A stretch of DNA of 64,000 nt from Chthonomonadales bacterium. Its GTDB lineage: Bacteria > Armatimonadota > Chthonomonadetes > Chthonomonadales > CAJBBX01. The stretch spans positions 6,137-70,136 of the forward strand of contig JAAYVH010000002.1 of NCBI GenBank assembly GCA_012517255.1, read 5' to 3'. Numbering within the stretch: position 1 is the first letter of the stretch; the number at the start of each line of letters is the position of its first letter. This document shows, piece after piece, positions 18,739 to 27,863 of the stretch. The notes under the pieces are model-generated. The model made no database searches. It saw only the letters and a list, made by a program, of their open reading frames with translations, and was not told where the DNA came from. The position numbers and the translations under genes were made by a program.

Positions 18739-19677
18739 ATGCCCGAGTACCCGGACGTCTGCGCCTATATCGTGGCCCTTGAACGTCGCGTGGTCAACCG
18801 GCGGATGGACCGATTGGCGATCTTCGGTCCATCGGTCCTCCGCACGGTCACGCCAACCGCCGACGAGTTCGCAGGGGTCCTGATCACAGGCGTCCGGCGC
18901 ATCGGGAAGCGGATCGTGCTGCAATGTGACAACGACCTGTTCGCGGCAATCCACCTGATGGTGTCGGGGCGGCTCCATTGGCGCGACCGACCTCCGCCTA
19001 AGCCGCGCAAGGCCGATCTGGCGTGGTTCGAAGTGGGAGGGCGATGTCTCGCCCTCACCGAAGAGAGCCCGCGCAAGCGCGCCACCATCCACCTGATCAG
19101 GGGATCAGCCGGTCTGAAGGCTCTGGATGCGGGCGGCGTTGATGTCATGGAATGCACGCTCAACGAGTTCCGGAAGGCGATCCAGCGCGAAAACCGCACT
19201 GTCAAGCGCGCTCTCACCGATCCGCGGCTCGTCTCGGGTATTGGCAACGCCTACTCGGACGAGATTCTACATCGCGCGCGCATGTCGCCCTTCAAGCTGA
19301 CTCAGAGCCTGAGCGACGCCGAAGCCTGCAGCCTCCATGTGGCGGCCATTGAGGTGCTGTCCGAATGGACCGACCGGCTCGTCGCCGAGGCCATGGAGAG
19401 GTTCCCCGATCGTGTGACCGCCTTCCGGCCCGAAATGGCCGTGCATGGGCGCTACGGATTGCCATGCCCGGTATGCGGGCAAGCCGTGCAGCGAATCGTG
19501 TATGCTGAGAACGAGTCGAACTACTGCGCTCAATGTCAGATGGGCGGGCGTCTGCTGGCCGATCGAGCTCTGTCGCGCCTGCTCAAGTCGGATTGGCCCG
19601 CCACTCTCGCCGACCTCGAAGAGGGAACGGCGCGCAGGCGGGACCCCTCACCGAGGAGGAATGACGATGCGCCCTAG
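18739..19677 (+). CDS. Fpg/Nei-family DNA glycosylase / AP lyase
   Basis: N-terminal MPEYPDV (catalytic Pro2/Glu3), an H2TH motif (GIGNAYSDEILHRARMSP) and a C-terminal zinc finger, CPVCGQ-x16-CAQC. Confidence 0.9.
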   Translation: MPEYPDVCAYIVALERRVVNRRMDRLAIFGPSVLRTVTPTADEFAGVLITGVRRIGKRIVLQCDNDLFAAIHLMVSGRLHWRDRPPPKPRKADLAWFEVGGRCLALTEESPRKRATIHLIRGSAGLKALDAGGVDVMECTLNEFRKAIQRENRTVKRALTDPRLVSGIGNAYSDEILHRARMSPFKLTQSLSDAEACSLHVAAIEVLSEWTDRLVAEAMERFPDRVTAFRPEMAVHGRYGLPCPVCGQAVQRIVYAENESNYCAQCQMGGRLLADRALSRLLKSDWPATLADLEEGTARRRDPSPRRNDDAP

Positions 19678-21427
19678 CATCTTGCTGTCGCTGATCGTGC
19701 CGACACTCCTGTCGGCGCGCGCCCTCGCGGCTCCCGACCTCCTGCCCGCTGAGCCTTGGCGTGTGGTGCGTCCCGACGAAGCCGCGATGCGCGTGGAGAC
19801 GATCCAGCTTGAGCGGCCCGTCGGAGGCCAGAGCAGCGCCGTGAAGCTCACCGTGCTCAGGGCCACCGATCCTTTCTACCACCTGCAAATCGCGAAGGAG
19901 ATTCCTCAACCGATCGCCGAAGCGACGCGGCTGCGTTTCTCGTTCTATGCGCGGTCGCGCACCGAGAATCCCATGCGGGCAATCGTCGAGAAGGCAGAGC
20001 CGCCCTACACTCCGGCCGTCGAGATCAGGCCGACTCTCACGCCCGAGTGGCGGCTCTATACGATGACCGGCATCTCGCGCGCCTATCCGGCCAGGGGGCT
20101 GGGGGTGCGCTTCCAGGTAGGTCACAAGGAAGGAGAGATCGAGGTGGCAGCGGTACGATTGGAGGACCTTGGACCGGATCCTGTGATGATGAATGCCAGA
20201 GCGGCCATTCAGCCAGACGCCGTGGATCAGCGCATTCGACAGAACAGGACAGCGTCGCTCAAGATCGTCGTGCGCGACGCATCGGGAAACCCGATCAAGA
20301 ACGCGTCGGTCTCGGTGCGCCAGACGCGCCACGCGTTCCTGTTCGGCAGCAACATTTTCGGGTTGAACACCTCCGACACATCGCAGACGCAGCGGCTCTA
20401 TCAACAGCGGTTCAAGGACCTGCTGAACTTCGCGACCCTCCCCTTCTACTGGGGATCCTTTGAGCCGCAAGAGGGCCAGAAGGCCTACGATAGGCTGGAG
20501 ACTATGGCCCGATGGTGCCGCGATAACGGCCTGATGACCAAGGGCCATCCGTTGATCTGGCACGAGGTCTACCCCCGATGGGCGCCGGCCGAGCCGGATG
20601 CGGCCATCCCGCTGCTAAAGGGCCGCGTGTACGACATCATCACGCACTTCAAAGGGCTTATCCCCTACTGGGACGTGCTCAACGAGGCCAACAACGCTCC
20701 CGACTATGCTCAGACCGGAACCGGCGCATGGATCAAGAGAGATGGAGCGGCCAGGGTGGTCGCCACCGCGCTCCGCTGGGCTCGCGAAGCGAGCGCCGGC
20801 GCCAACAATGTGCTTCTCTACAACGACTTCAATACCGGTCAGGCGAATGTGCAACTGCTGACGGAGCTTCAGACCATGAAGAGCCTTCCCGATGCCATCG
20901 GCATTCAGTCGCACATGCACGGCGGCACATGGCCTCTGGAGGAGGTCTGGGCGACGGTCGAGCGTTTCGCCGTCTTCAAGCGACCGATCCATTTCACCGA
21001 GGCCACCATTGTGAGTGGGCCGCGCCCCGCCGGACCGGGATCGCCATGGGTCACGACGCCGGAAGGTGAACGAGCTCAGGCCGACTACGTCGAGCGCTTC
21101 TACAGCATTCTCTTCAGCCATCCAGCCGTCGAGGCCATCACCTGGTGGGACTTCAGCGATCTCAATGCGTGGCAGCAGGCCCCTGCCGGCTTCCTGCGCA
21201 AGGACATGAGCCCGAAGCCCGCGTATGACCGACTGATGGCGCTCATCAAGGGCAACTGGTGGACAAAGGCCGAAGCAACCACCGGCGCAACCGGTTCCTG
21301 TACGATTCGGGCGTTCCAGGGCACGCATGAGGTCACGGTCACGGACGGGCGCGGACGGAAGGCCACGATCGCGGTGGAGGTTCCCCTTAAGCGCAAGACC
21401 GCCACGGTGAGCGTGACACTGCGGTAG
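19661..21427 (+). CDS. secreted GH10 endo-1,4-beta-xylanase with an N-terminal carbohydrate-binding-like domain
   Basis: I moved the start from 19445 to ATG 19661 (GAGGAGGA immediately upstream; signal peptide MTMRPSILLSLIVPTLLSARALAAPD). GH10 acid/base motif WDVLNEA and a nucleophile region, IHFTEATI. The gene overlaps the fpg/nei stop by 17 nt. Confidence 0.85.
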   Translation: MTMRPSILLSLIVPTLLSARALAAPDLLPAEPWRVVRPDEAAMRVETIQLERPVGGQSSAVKLTVLRATDPFYHLQIAKEIPQPIAEATRLRFSFYARSRTENPMRAIVEKAEPPYTPAVEIRPTLTPEWRLYTMTGISRAYPARGLGVRFQVGHKEGEIEVAAVRLEDLGPDPVMMNARAAIQPDAVDQRIRQNRTASLKIVVRDASGNPIKNASVSVRQTRHAFLFGSNIFGLNTSDTSQTQRLYQQRFKDLLNFATLPFYWGSFEPQEGQKAYDRLETMARWCRDNGLMTKGHPLIWHEVYPRWAPAEPDAAIPLLKGRVYDIITHFKGLIPYWDVLNEANNAPDYAQTGTGAWIKRDGAARVVATALRWAREASAGANNVLLYNDFNTGQANVQLLTELQTMKSLPDAIGIQSHMHGGTWPLEEVWATVERFAVFKRPIHFTEATIVSGPRPAGPGSPWVTTPEGERAQADYVERFYSILFSHPAVEAITWWDFSDLNAWQQAPAGFLRKDMSPKPAYDRLMALIKGNWWTKAEATTGATGSCTIRAFQGTHEVTVTDGRGRKATIAVEVPLKRKTATVSVTLR

Positions 21428-22750
21428 ATGCCGTCCCTCGCAGCGCCGGCCTTGTGCCGCTCCATCGCTGCCGCGCTCATCGGCGTGCTTCTGGGCGTCG
21501 TCCTGGTCGGTTGCCGCTCAAACGCGAGAGAGCCTTCCGTTCCTTCGTCTGCGGGGCAGACTGCCCGTCCTGCCAGCCCTGCAGGCACGGAGTCTGCGGA
21601 TCCCGCTTCCCCTCGCCTTGCGCATGCCGGCTCCGGCATCATTGTCAGCGAGCGGGGCCACATCCTGACGCATGCCGCGGTGGTAGAAGGCGCGACGCGA
21701 ATCGTCGTCGAGATCAGCCGGCAGGATCGCCGTGATCGCTCGGACGCAGCGGTAGTTGCGTCTGATGCGGCAACGGGCCTGACGTTGCTCCAGGCGAGGT
21801 CAACCTCCAGATGGGTCATGCGATGGCAAAGAGCCGCGAGACCGGAGCGGGCAACCCTGTGCGGATGGCCCTTCGTGGGCCTGGCGCTCGACGGCGTTCA
21901 CGAGCGTGAGATGGCTTCGGCCACCGGACCGATCACAGACTCGGAGCTTGGGTTCCCGGTTGCGCCGGGCTACGAAGGGGGCGTTCTGGCGGACGGGAAC
22001 GCTCGAGGCGTCGGGATGCTCACGGCCACCACGGCAGCCCATTCCGCACCGCGGGACGCCAGGAAACGGGGCGAGCCGACACTGCGGCTCGCCCTGATTT
22101 CACGCCCTCGCTATGTCCCGGCTGCTGCCATCCTCCGCTTCCTTGCCGACCATGGAATACAGCCTCCCGCCGAGCGTGCCGACTTCGATCGCCCATGGCC
22201 CGTGAAGCTTGGCTGGCTGCAGAACTACACCGTGCAGATCGAACGCGAGCCCGCTCGCGATGTTGGCCCTGGCCTGCCCGGTCTGATACGCTCCCACCGT
22301 ATCAGAGCCGACGACATCGTCGCCCTAACGTTCGAGCCGAAGCGCCGGGGGCTGATCGCCGAATGCTGGACCGCACCGAACCGAACCTTCCAGGTCGTGC
22401 TCCCCGTCTCCGTCGCCGGCGTCGCCGGCCGTCAGTTTCGGCACCGGCGCGACGCCAAGGGCGATGTGCTCGAGCTCGATGCGCGAGGCCAGATCCTTCG
22501 GGGTCTCGCAGCCATCAACGGATATCGAGGTTTCAATGCGCGCGGGCCGTTGACAGAATCGGCTGACGGGAGGCTCTTGCTGGCCGGCGACGCCCTGGTC
22601 TGGACCGCCACGGGCACCGTCATCATGCGGCTGAACGTGCGTGCCGACGAGCCGCTTGCTCTATCTCCGGACGGAACGATGCTGGCTCACGCACCGGCAT
22701 CCTCGCCCGGCGTGATTAACCTCTGGCGCGTGCCGCCGATCACTCCATAA
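21428..22750 (+). CDS. lipoprotein with a degenerate trypsin-like (HtrA/S1C-fold) domain and a C-terminal propeller-like region
   Basis: The ATG directly follows the GH10 TAG. There is a lipobox in LLGVVLVGCRS. GSGIIVSERGHILTHAAVVEGATRIVVEI and APGYEGGVLADGNARGVGML align by eye to the HtrA motifs GSGxIIxxxGxILTNAHVV and NPGNSGGPLxNxxGxVVGI, but with the catalytic residues replaced. Confidence 0.65.
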   Translation: MPSLAAPALCRSIAAALIGVLLGVVLVGCRSNAREPSVPSSAGQTARPASPAGTESADPASPRLAHAGSGIIVSERGHILTHAAVVEGATRIVVEISRQDRRDRSDAAVVASDAATGLTLLQARSTSRWVMRWQRAARPERATLCGWPFVGLALDGVHEREMASATGPITDSELGFPVAPGYEGGVLADGNARGVGMLTATTAAHSAPRDARKRGEPTLRLALISRPRYVPAAAILRFLADHGIQPPAERADFDRPWPVKLGWLQNYTVQIEREPARDVGPGLPGLIRSHRIRADDIVALTFEPKRRGLIAECWTAPNRTFQVVLPVSVAGVAGRQFRHRRDAKGDVLELDARGQILRGLAAINGYRGFNARGPLTESADGRLLLAGDALVWTATGTVIMRLNVRADEPLALSPDGTMLAHAPASSPGVINLWRVPPITP

Positions 22751-23066
22751 GGAACGACATCTCGAGGAGCTTAACCGGCTGTCCGCCCTGCGACGCATCC
22801 GTAGGGCTGTCGAGGTAGTTCTGCATGAACTCCTGCCAGCGATCGTGAACCTCGGACTTCGCGAGGTACGCGCAGGCCGCATCCCAGTCGTCGCATTCGA
22901 GGTAACCGAACTCGGTGCCGTCGTCATTCAGCCACAGGCTATAGTTGCGAATGCCAGCCGCCTTGAGCTCCGCCAGCAGCTCGGGCCACACGTTGGCATG
23001 CAGCTCCTTGTACTCGGCGATCTTGTGGGGCTTGACTTTCAGAAGCAGGCCTACGCGCTGCATCAT
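22740..23066 (-). CDS. rhaM: L-rhamnose mutarotase
   Basis: 108 aa. MQRVGLLLKVKPHKIAEYKELHANVWPELLAELKAAGIRNYSLWL...HDRWQEFM is a near-textbook RhaM sequence. There is an ATGA overlap with the sulfatase stop and GGAGGA upstream. The 3' end overlaps the convergent gene 21428-22750 by 11 nt. Confidence 0.92.
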   Translation of the reverse strand: MMQRVGLLLKVKPHKIAEYKELHANVWPELLAELKAAGIRNYSLWLNDDGTEFGYLECDDWDAACAYLAKSEVHDRWQEFMQNYLDSPTDASQGGQPVKLLEMSFLME

Positions 23067-24610
23067 GCATCCTCCGTTATGATGGTTTTGTCGCCACGCC
23101 TCAGGGCCAGATCGGCTTCAGGCTCAGGGCACGGCCCTCCGTTGACGCTGGGATCGGCCGCGTGCTTGCGCCAGAGCTCTTCGACGGCCCATCCCCGGCC
23201 AGTGCGGTGGAGCCGCTCGCAGTAGCTGCGCAGCATACCGCGCGCGTGGTAGGGTCCTCCCTCCCGCATGACTGTCCAGAGCGGGTCTGTGGCGTAGCCG
23301 TCGGGCATGCTCGCCATCATCTCGGCATGCCAGTGAGCCAGGATCGCTGCGTGGTTGGCAACCTCGGCTCGGGCGCTGTGGGCGATGTCCCGCAGTTCAT
23401 GGGGGTCGTTCTCAATGGCAAAAAGCATCTCATCGGGAAAGAGGTGGAAGCCGTCGTGGTAGGTGCGCATGTACAGATGGGTGTCAGATCGGACGCTCCG
23501 CTGACACACGTGCGCGCACTGACTGAGGACGACGTAGCTGCGCCTGACCGCCTTGGAGCCCTTCACGGTTGCCGCCATCGAGACGCCTTCCCATGATGCG
23601 GCAGGCTGAGCCTCCAGCAGATCCAGGAGCGTCGGTGCAAGGTCTATGTTGCAGTGCAGCCCGCGATCCCTAACGCCCTTTGCGCCGCCGGGCCACCGAA
23701 TGATGAGCGGTATGCGGCACGTGGCCTCGTCGGCCGTCGCATGTTCGGCATAGATCCCCAGCTCGCCCTGATTCTCGCCGTGATCCGCCGTGATGACGAT
23801 GGCGGTGTCGTCCAGCACTCCCTGCCGGGCCAGCTCATCGAGAATCCTGCCGATGTGCCAGTCCATGTAGGCGATGCCGCAATCGTAGCCGTCCATGTGG
23901 CGGCGAAGATCGTCCATATTCCGAATCGCCGGCACGTAGCGGGGCCAGCGCGGCAGGGGCGTGTCGTCCCACATGTTGATCTCGTTGGCCGTGTGGGGCC
24001 CGATGGCGCGCAAGTGACGAGCGAGCATGGCTTCGTCGATCCACGGCTTGATGGGATGATCGGCGAACGGGTTGCCGAACTCCTCGGGCGCGCGGTACGG
24101 GGTATGCGGGTCCCAGAAGTTCACATGCAGGAACCAGTTGTCGGACTTGCCGTTGCGCTTGATCCAGTCCAGCGCCAGAGGCGAGATCTCCTCGGCAGAC
24201 TCCATGCCTCCCTTGCCGGGATTGATCATCTCGGAGAACCCCGCATAGAACCACCAGGCGCCGTGCCTCTCGGCGAACGGACTGATCGAGACGGTGCGAA
24301 GACCGGCGTGGCGGAGCCGCGCGGGGAGATTGTCGTAGCGGCAACGGTCGGCAAAGCCCCGCTCGGGGCCGATCAGGCGCATGTCGCCGGCGGTTCCGCC
24401 ATGCCCGACCACGCCCGTGTGGATGCCGGGCCGTCCGGTGAAGAGAGCGGCGCGGCTCGGCAAGCACGGTGCATCGGTGCAGTAGTACCGGTCGAATCGC
24501 GCGCCCTCGGCGGCGACGCGGTCAATGTTCGGCGACGTTGGGCGCGGGTAGCCGTAGCAGCCCAGGTGATCAGGCCTGAGCGTGTCGAGATCAAGAAACA
24601 GGATTCGCAT
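23063..24610 (-). CDS. sulfatase (formylglycine-dependent, type I)
   Basis: MRILFLDLDTLRPDHLGCYGY opening and the CxPxR formylglycine motif in DAPCLPSRAALFTGR. GAAGGAG lies 7 nt upstream of the ATG. Confidence 0.9.
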   Translation of the reverse strand: MRILFLDLDTLRPDHLGCYGYPRPTSPNIDRVAAEGARFDRYYCTDAPCLPSRAALFTGRPGIHTGVVGHGGTAGDMRLIGPERGFADRCRYDNLPARLRHAGLRTVSISPFAERHGAWWFYAGFSEMINPGKGGMESAEEISPLALDWIKRNGKSDNWFLHVNFWDPHTPYRAPEEFGNPFADHPIKPWIDEAMLARHLRAIGPHTANEINMWDDTPLPRWPRYVPAIRNMDDLRRHMDGYDCGIAYMDWHIGRILDELARQGVLDDTAIVITADHGENQGELGIYAEHATADEATCRIPLIIRWPGGAKGVRDRGLHCNIDLAPTLLDLLEAQPAASWEGVSMAATVKGSKAVRRSYVVLSQCAHVCQRSVRSDTHLYMRTYHDGFHLFPDEMLFAIENDPHELRDIAHSARAEVANHAAILAHWHAEMMASMPDGYATDPLWTVMREGGPYHARGMLRSYCERLHRTGRGWAVEELWRKHAADPSVNGGPCPEPEADLALRRGDKTIITEDA

Positions 24611-24648
24611 GCCTCACTCCTTCGCCAACCGGCCATTCGGCTCCTGCA

Positions 24649-27600
24649 TCATCGCAGAATCCCAAACTCCAGCTCGTTCGCCCAGTGGCTCGTCCAATCG
24701 TTGTGAAAGGTCGGCATCCCTTCGCGCGAGACGCTGCGGCCGCCTGCCAACTCCAATGCAGGCCCGGCATTGTCATTGACCCTGAACGTGAACTTGATCG
24801 TCAGGCCGGCATCCACACGCTTCTTGACGTGCGGAATCTCGCTCCATGGCAGCGCTGCCTCGACAATGCGCATGTTGCCCTCGCGCCGCATGGCCAGTTT
24901 GCCGTTCTTGACCGGTCCGCCATCCACCGGAGCCTTGGGCTGCCGCGGGTAGTAGTGCTTGCGCGGTATGCCCGGCGCGGCCAGACGCCATATCTCCGTG
25001 CCTCCGCCGTACTGCTCGGCCACCTGGTTCAAAGCGAACTCATAGTCCGTGTCCATGTAGGTCATGAAGCCCGGCATGGTCCCGGGAGGATAGGGCAGCC
25101 ACGGCTTCTCCTCCGGAGGCAACACGTTGAAGGCAAGCTGCACGTTGTCGGTTCCGTTGCCCGAAGGCAGATCGGGATCCTTTCGATAGGAGAATCGGCG
25201 CACGCCTGCAGGCCAGACAAGCTCCTTGCGGTCCTCGCGGGTGTAGCATTTGGCCGGATAGAAGTACGCATCGTCGTCGCGCGTCTCGTAGCGGACGCCG
25301 CCCGGCCACGGCGTTGCATCGGCGAGCTTCGCCGCAAAGTAGAAATACCGCTCGTCGTAGGCCGTATAGGCCGTCGCCATGCCGCCGGTTGCGCCCTGCT
25401 CAAAGGGCATGAACGGCAGATAGGCGCGCTCGGTGAGGCTCGTCCCGATGCCTGCGGCAGCCGTCACGGTATAGGGGAGCGCGTCGCGCCAGTCATCGAG
25501 CTTGCCGTCCACCGTCACGGCCCGGCGATCCAGCACGTTGACGCGGAGCGTCTCTTCATGCTCGGTCCTGCCGTCCAATCCTGCATCGAAGACCGCCCGG
25601 AGGGGATAGGCGTTGTCGGGCGAAGGTGAACCAGAGGCAACCTTACTGACCACCGCCAGCGTCTGGTGCGGCTGCAGGCTGATGGGTCGAACAGGCTGCT
25701 CGAGCGTGAGCTTGCCAAGGCTCAGGCTCAACGTTCCCTGGACAGGGCGGTTGAGCACGTTCGTGACCGCCAGTCGGACCGCAGGCTTCGATGCTATCGG
25801 CGCGATCATGTCCTGTGCCACGATCTCGACCGGCATCAATCCGTCCACGCGCGCCGCAGCCACTGCCTTCAGGAGAGCATCGAACGAGCCCGGGCTGCCG
25901 TCGGTTCGCAGGAAGTACCCGAGACCGTTCAACGGCACGACGATCTTGCCCCCATCGGCCGCGACCGGATTGCCGTAAAAGTCGTACATGCGAAACCGAC
26001 GTGCAGCCGCAGCAATGGTCATGGTCGCGCCATCGGTGACCATGGCGGCCGCGAGACGATCGGTGAGCTGTTTGCGCTGGCTCTCCGGCGCATGGGCGGG
26101 CAGGGCTTCGAGCGCTTTCCGCGCTTCCGCCACCCTGGGCAGGTTCTTCAGGCCGGTGATGCGACGGAACTTCACCCGATTTCGCTCGTAGACGCCGCCG
26201 AGATCGCCGACGATTACCAGTGTCCCGTCATCGCGCTTGGCCCCGGACTCGGCGAACACGAAGACCCACGGCAGGCCGTTTTTGAACAGAATCTCGATGA
26301 ACGGACGCTGGCCGATGAACTTCTGAGACGCAGCTATCGCCGCTGCCGGAGCCCAGGCCTGACAGATCCCCACCCGCGGATTGTCGGTCAGAACCTCCGG
26401 CGTGTAGACGTTGCCGTGGTAGATGCCCGCCGTGCGGCTCTGCCCCTGGGCCCGCATAGAGGCGATGACGGCAGCGACACGGTCCTCGGAGTTGGCTACC
26501 CAGCTCTCGGTGTCCCAGACGCGCACCGGACCATTGGGATGCTTTCGATTGAGCCAGGCCTTCTCCAACGCAGGATCGGCCGCCAGCGGCTGGTAGTGGA
26601 TGCTGACGAAATCGAGCCACTTCAGAAGCTCGTCGGAGCCGTCGGCGAAGAACTTGTCGCGCGTATTGGTGGAGCTGCATGCGCCGCCGATCAGCACCTG
26701 CACGCCGTCTTCGCGGCGCGCATCCTCCACGCCCATCGCCATCTGACGGTACATGTCGCGATAGCGGATCATATCGGCGCCCCAGCCGCTGATGGAGATG
26801 CCTTCCCACGGCTCGTTCCAGAGCTCGACGGCGTTGACGGGTCCCTTCGGCCAGCCGTAGGTTCCGATCCAGCGCTTTGTCCACACGCGAAAGTCCGGGT
26901 CGAACTCGGGCAGCCAGGCGTAATCGGATTTGGTATCGAGCATGACGTCATCCGGCGAGAGCCATGGACGAGGCCGATTCAGAGGCATGCCTGCGCCGCT
27001 TCCGCCTATCGTCAGCATGACGGTGATACTGTGCTTGTGGGCCCAGTTCAGGTGCTCGATGAACGGCTTGTAGTACGCATCATAGTTGCCGAAAGTGGTG
27101 GGCAGATAGGCGGCGCCCATGCGGCAGCCTTTGACGCCCAGCCGCTCGAACAGCGTCGTAACCGCTTCGGACATCTCGTGCGGCCATGGCAGATCGAGAG
27201 CATAGGTCGGATACTGCACCCGCCCCGGATCGGGCTTCAGGGCACGGACCAGAGCTGCACAGAACAGCCGACCCTGGTCGCCGAGATCCGCGATCAGCGC
27301 ATAGCCGCCAAACTCCTCGGGCACCTTCGGCTCGATCGTCACCTCCGTCTGACCTTTGCCGGGTATGTCCAGTTTGAGCGGCGTCTGACCGCAATCGGCG
27401 AGCTTGCGCACATGAGGCACCCAGACGTCGCCGGTCTGGACGCTGGTTGCGTATCTGATCAGCTCCACCCTTCCGACAACGGCGACAGCAGACGATGCCT
27501 TGTTGGTGAAGCGCAACGTGAACTTCGCCTGCTCGCCCGGCCAGAGGACGTTCGCTCCCTCGCTGTCGCCGACGCTAACGCCGACCTGGCGCACCTCGAG

Positions 27601-27744
27601 GCTCTTCGCAATCTGGCTCGGCAATAGGCCGAACGCGGCCCCATAGCCGGGCATGTCCCTGCCCGTCACCATCTGGGCCGATGCGGGCCTCGTGACCGCC
27701 AGCGCGGCCAGAAGCGCCAGCGCCAGAGCGTTGCGATAGGCCAT
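24649..27744 (-). CDS. secreted clan GH-A-like glycoside hydrolase with a C-terminal CBM9-like domain (family unassigned)
   Basis: I moved the start from 27900 to ATG 27744 (GGGGGAGG upstream; signal peptide MAYRNALALALLAALAVTRPASAQ). NEP acid/base-type motif in NAVELWNEPWEGISISGW. The C-terminal VDGKLDDWRDALPY...AYDERYFYFAAKLAD resembles CBM9-type domains. Confidence 0.7.
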   Translation of the reverse strand: MAYRNALALALLAALAVTRPASAQMVTGRDMPGYGAAFGLLPSQIAKSLEVRQVGVSVGDSEGANVLWPGEQAKFTLRFTNKASSAVAVVGRVELIRYATSVQTGDVWVPHVRKLADCGQTPLKLDIPGKGQTEVTIEPKVPEEFGGYALIADLGDQGRLFCAALVRALKPDPGRVQYPTYALDLPWPHEMSEAVTTLFERLGVKGCRMGAAYLPTTFGNYDAYYKPFIEHLNWAHKHSITVMLTIGGSGAGMPLNRPRPWLSPDDVMLDTKSDYAWLPEFDPDFRVWTKRWIGTYGWPKGPVNAVELWNEPWEGISISGWGADMIRYRDMYRQMAMGVEDARREDGVQVLIGGACSSTNTRDKFFADGSDELLKWLDFVSIHYQPLAADPALEKAWLNRKHPNGPVRVWDTESWVANSEDRVAAVIASMRAQGQSRTAGIYHGNVYTPEVLTDNPRVGICQAWAPAAAIAASQKFIGQRPFIEILFKNGLPWVFVFAESGAKRDDGTLVIVGDLGGVYERNRVKFRRITGLKNLPRVAEARKALEALPAHAPESQRKQLTDRLAAAMVTDGATMTIAAAARRFRMYDFYGNPVAADGGKIVVPLNGLGYFLRTDGSPGSFDALLKAVAAARVDGLMPVEIVAQDMIAPIASKPAVRLAVTNVLNRPVQGTLSLSLGKLTLEQPVRPISLQPHQTLAVVSKVASGSPSPDNAYPLRAVFDAGLDGRTEHEETLRVNVLDRRAVTVDGKLDDWRDALPYTVTAAAGIGTSLTERAYLPFMPFEQGATGGMATAYTAYDERYFYFAAKLADATPWPGGVRYETRDDDAYFYPAKCYTREDRKELVWPAGVRRFSYRKDPDLPSGNGTDNVQLAFNVLPPEEKPWLPYPPGTMPGFMTYMDTDYEFALNQVAEQYGGGTEIWRLAAPGIPRKHYYPRQPKAPVDGGPVKNGKLAMRREGNMRIVEAALPWSEIPHVKKRVDAGLTIKFTFRVNDNAGPALELAGGRSVSREGMPTFHNDWTSHWANELEFGILR

Positions 27745-27863
27745 TCGAGAAGCCTCCCCCGAGACCGACTGAGTGATGCTTGTTTCTCTGCCCGCTCCGG
27801 TTTGTCCTCCGAAGGCCGGTGAAGCCCGGGTCGAGCGCCGGGAGGCGTCCCGATCTTCTGAGA

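Noticed and set aside
25666-27627. 653-aa plus-strand ORF
   Set aside because: Antisense to the GH-A/CBM9-like gene. Arg/Gly/Asp-rich low-information sequence, with no start context.
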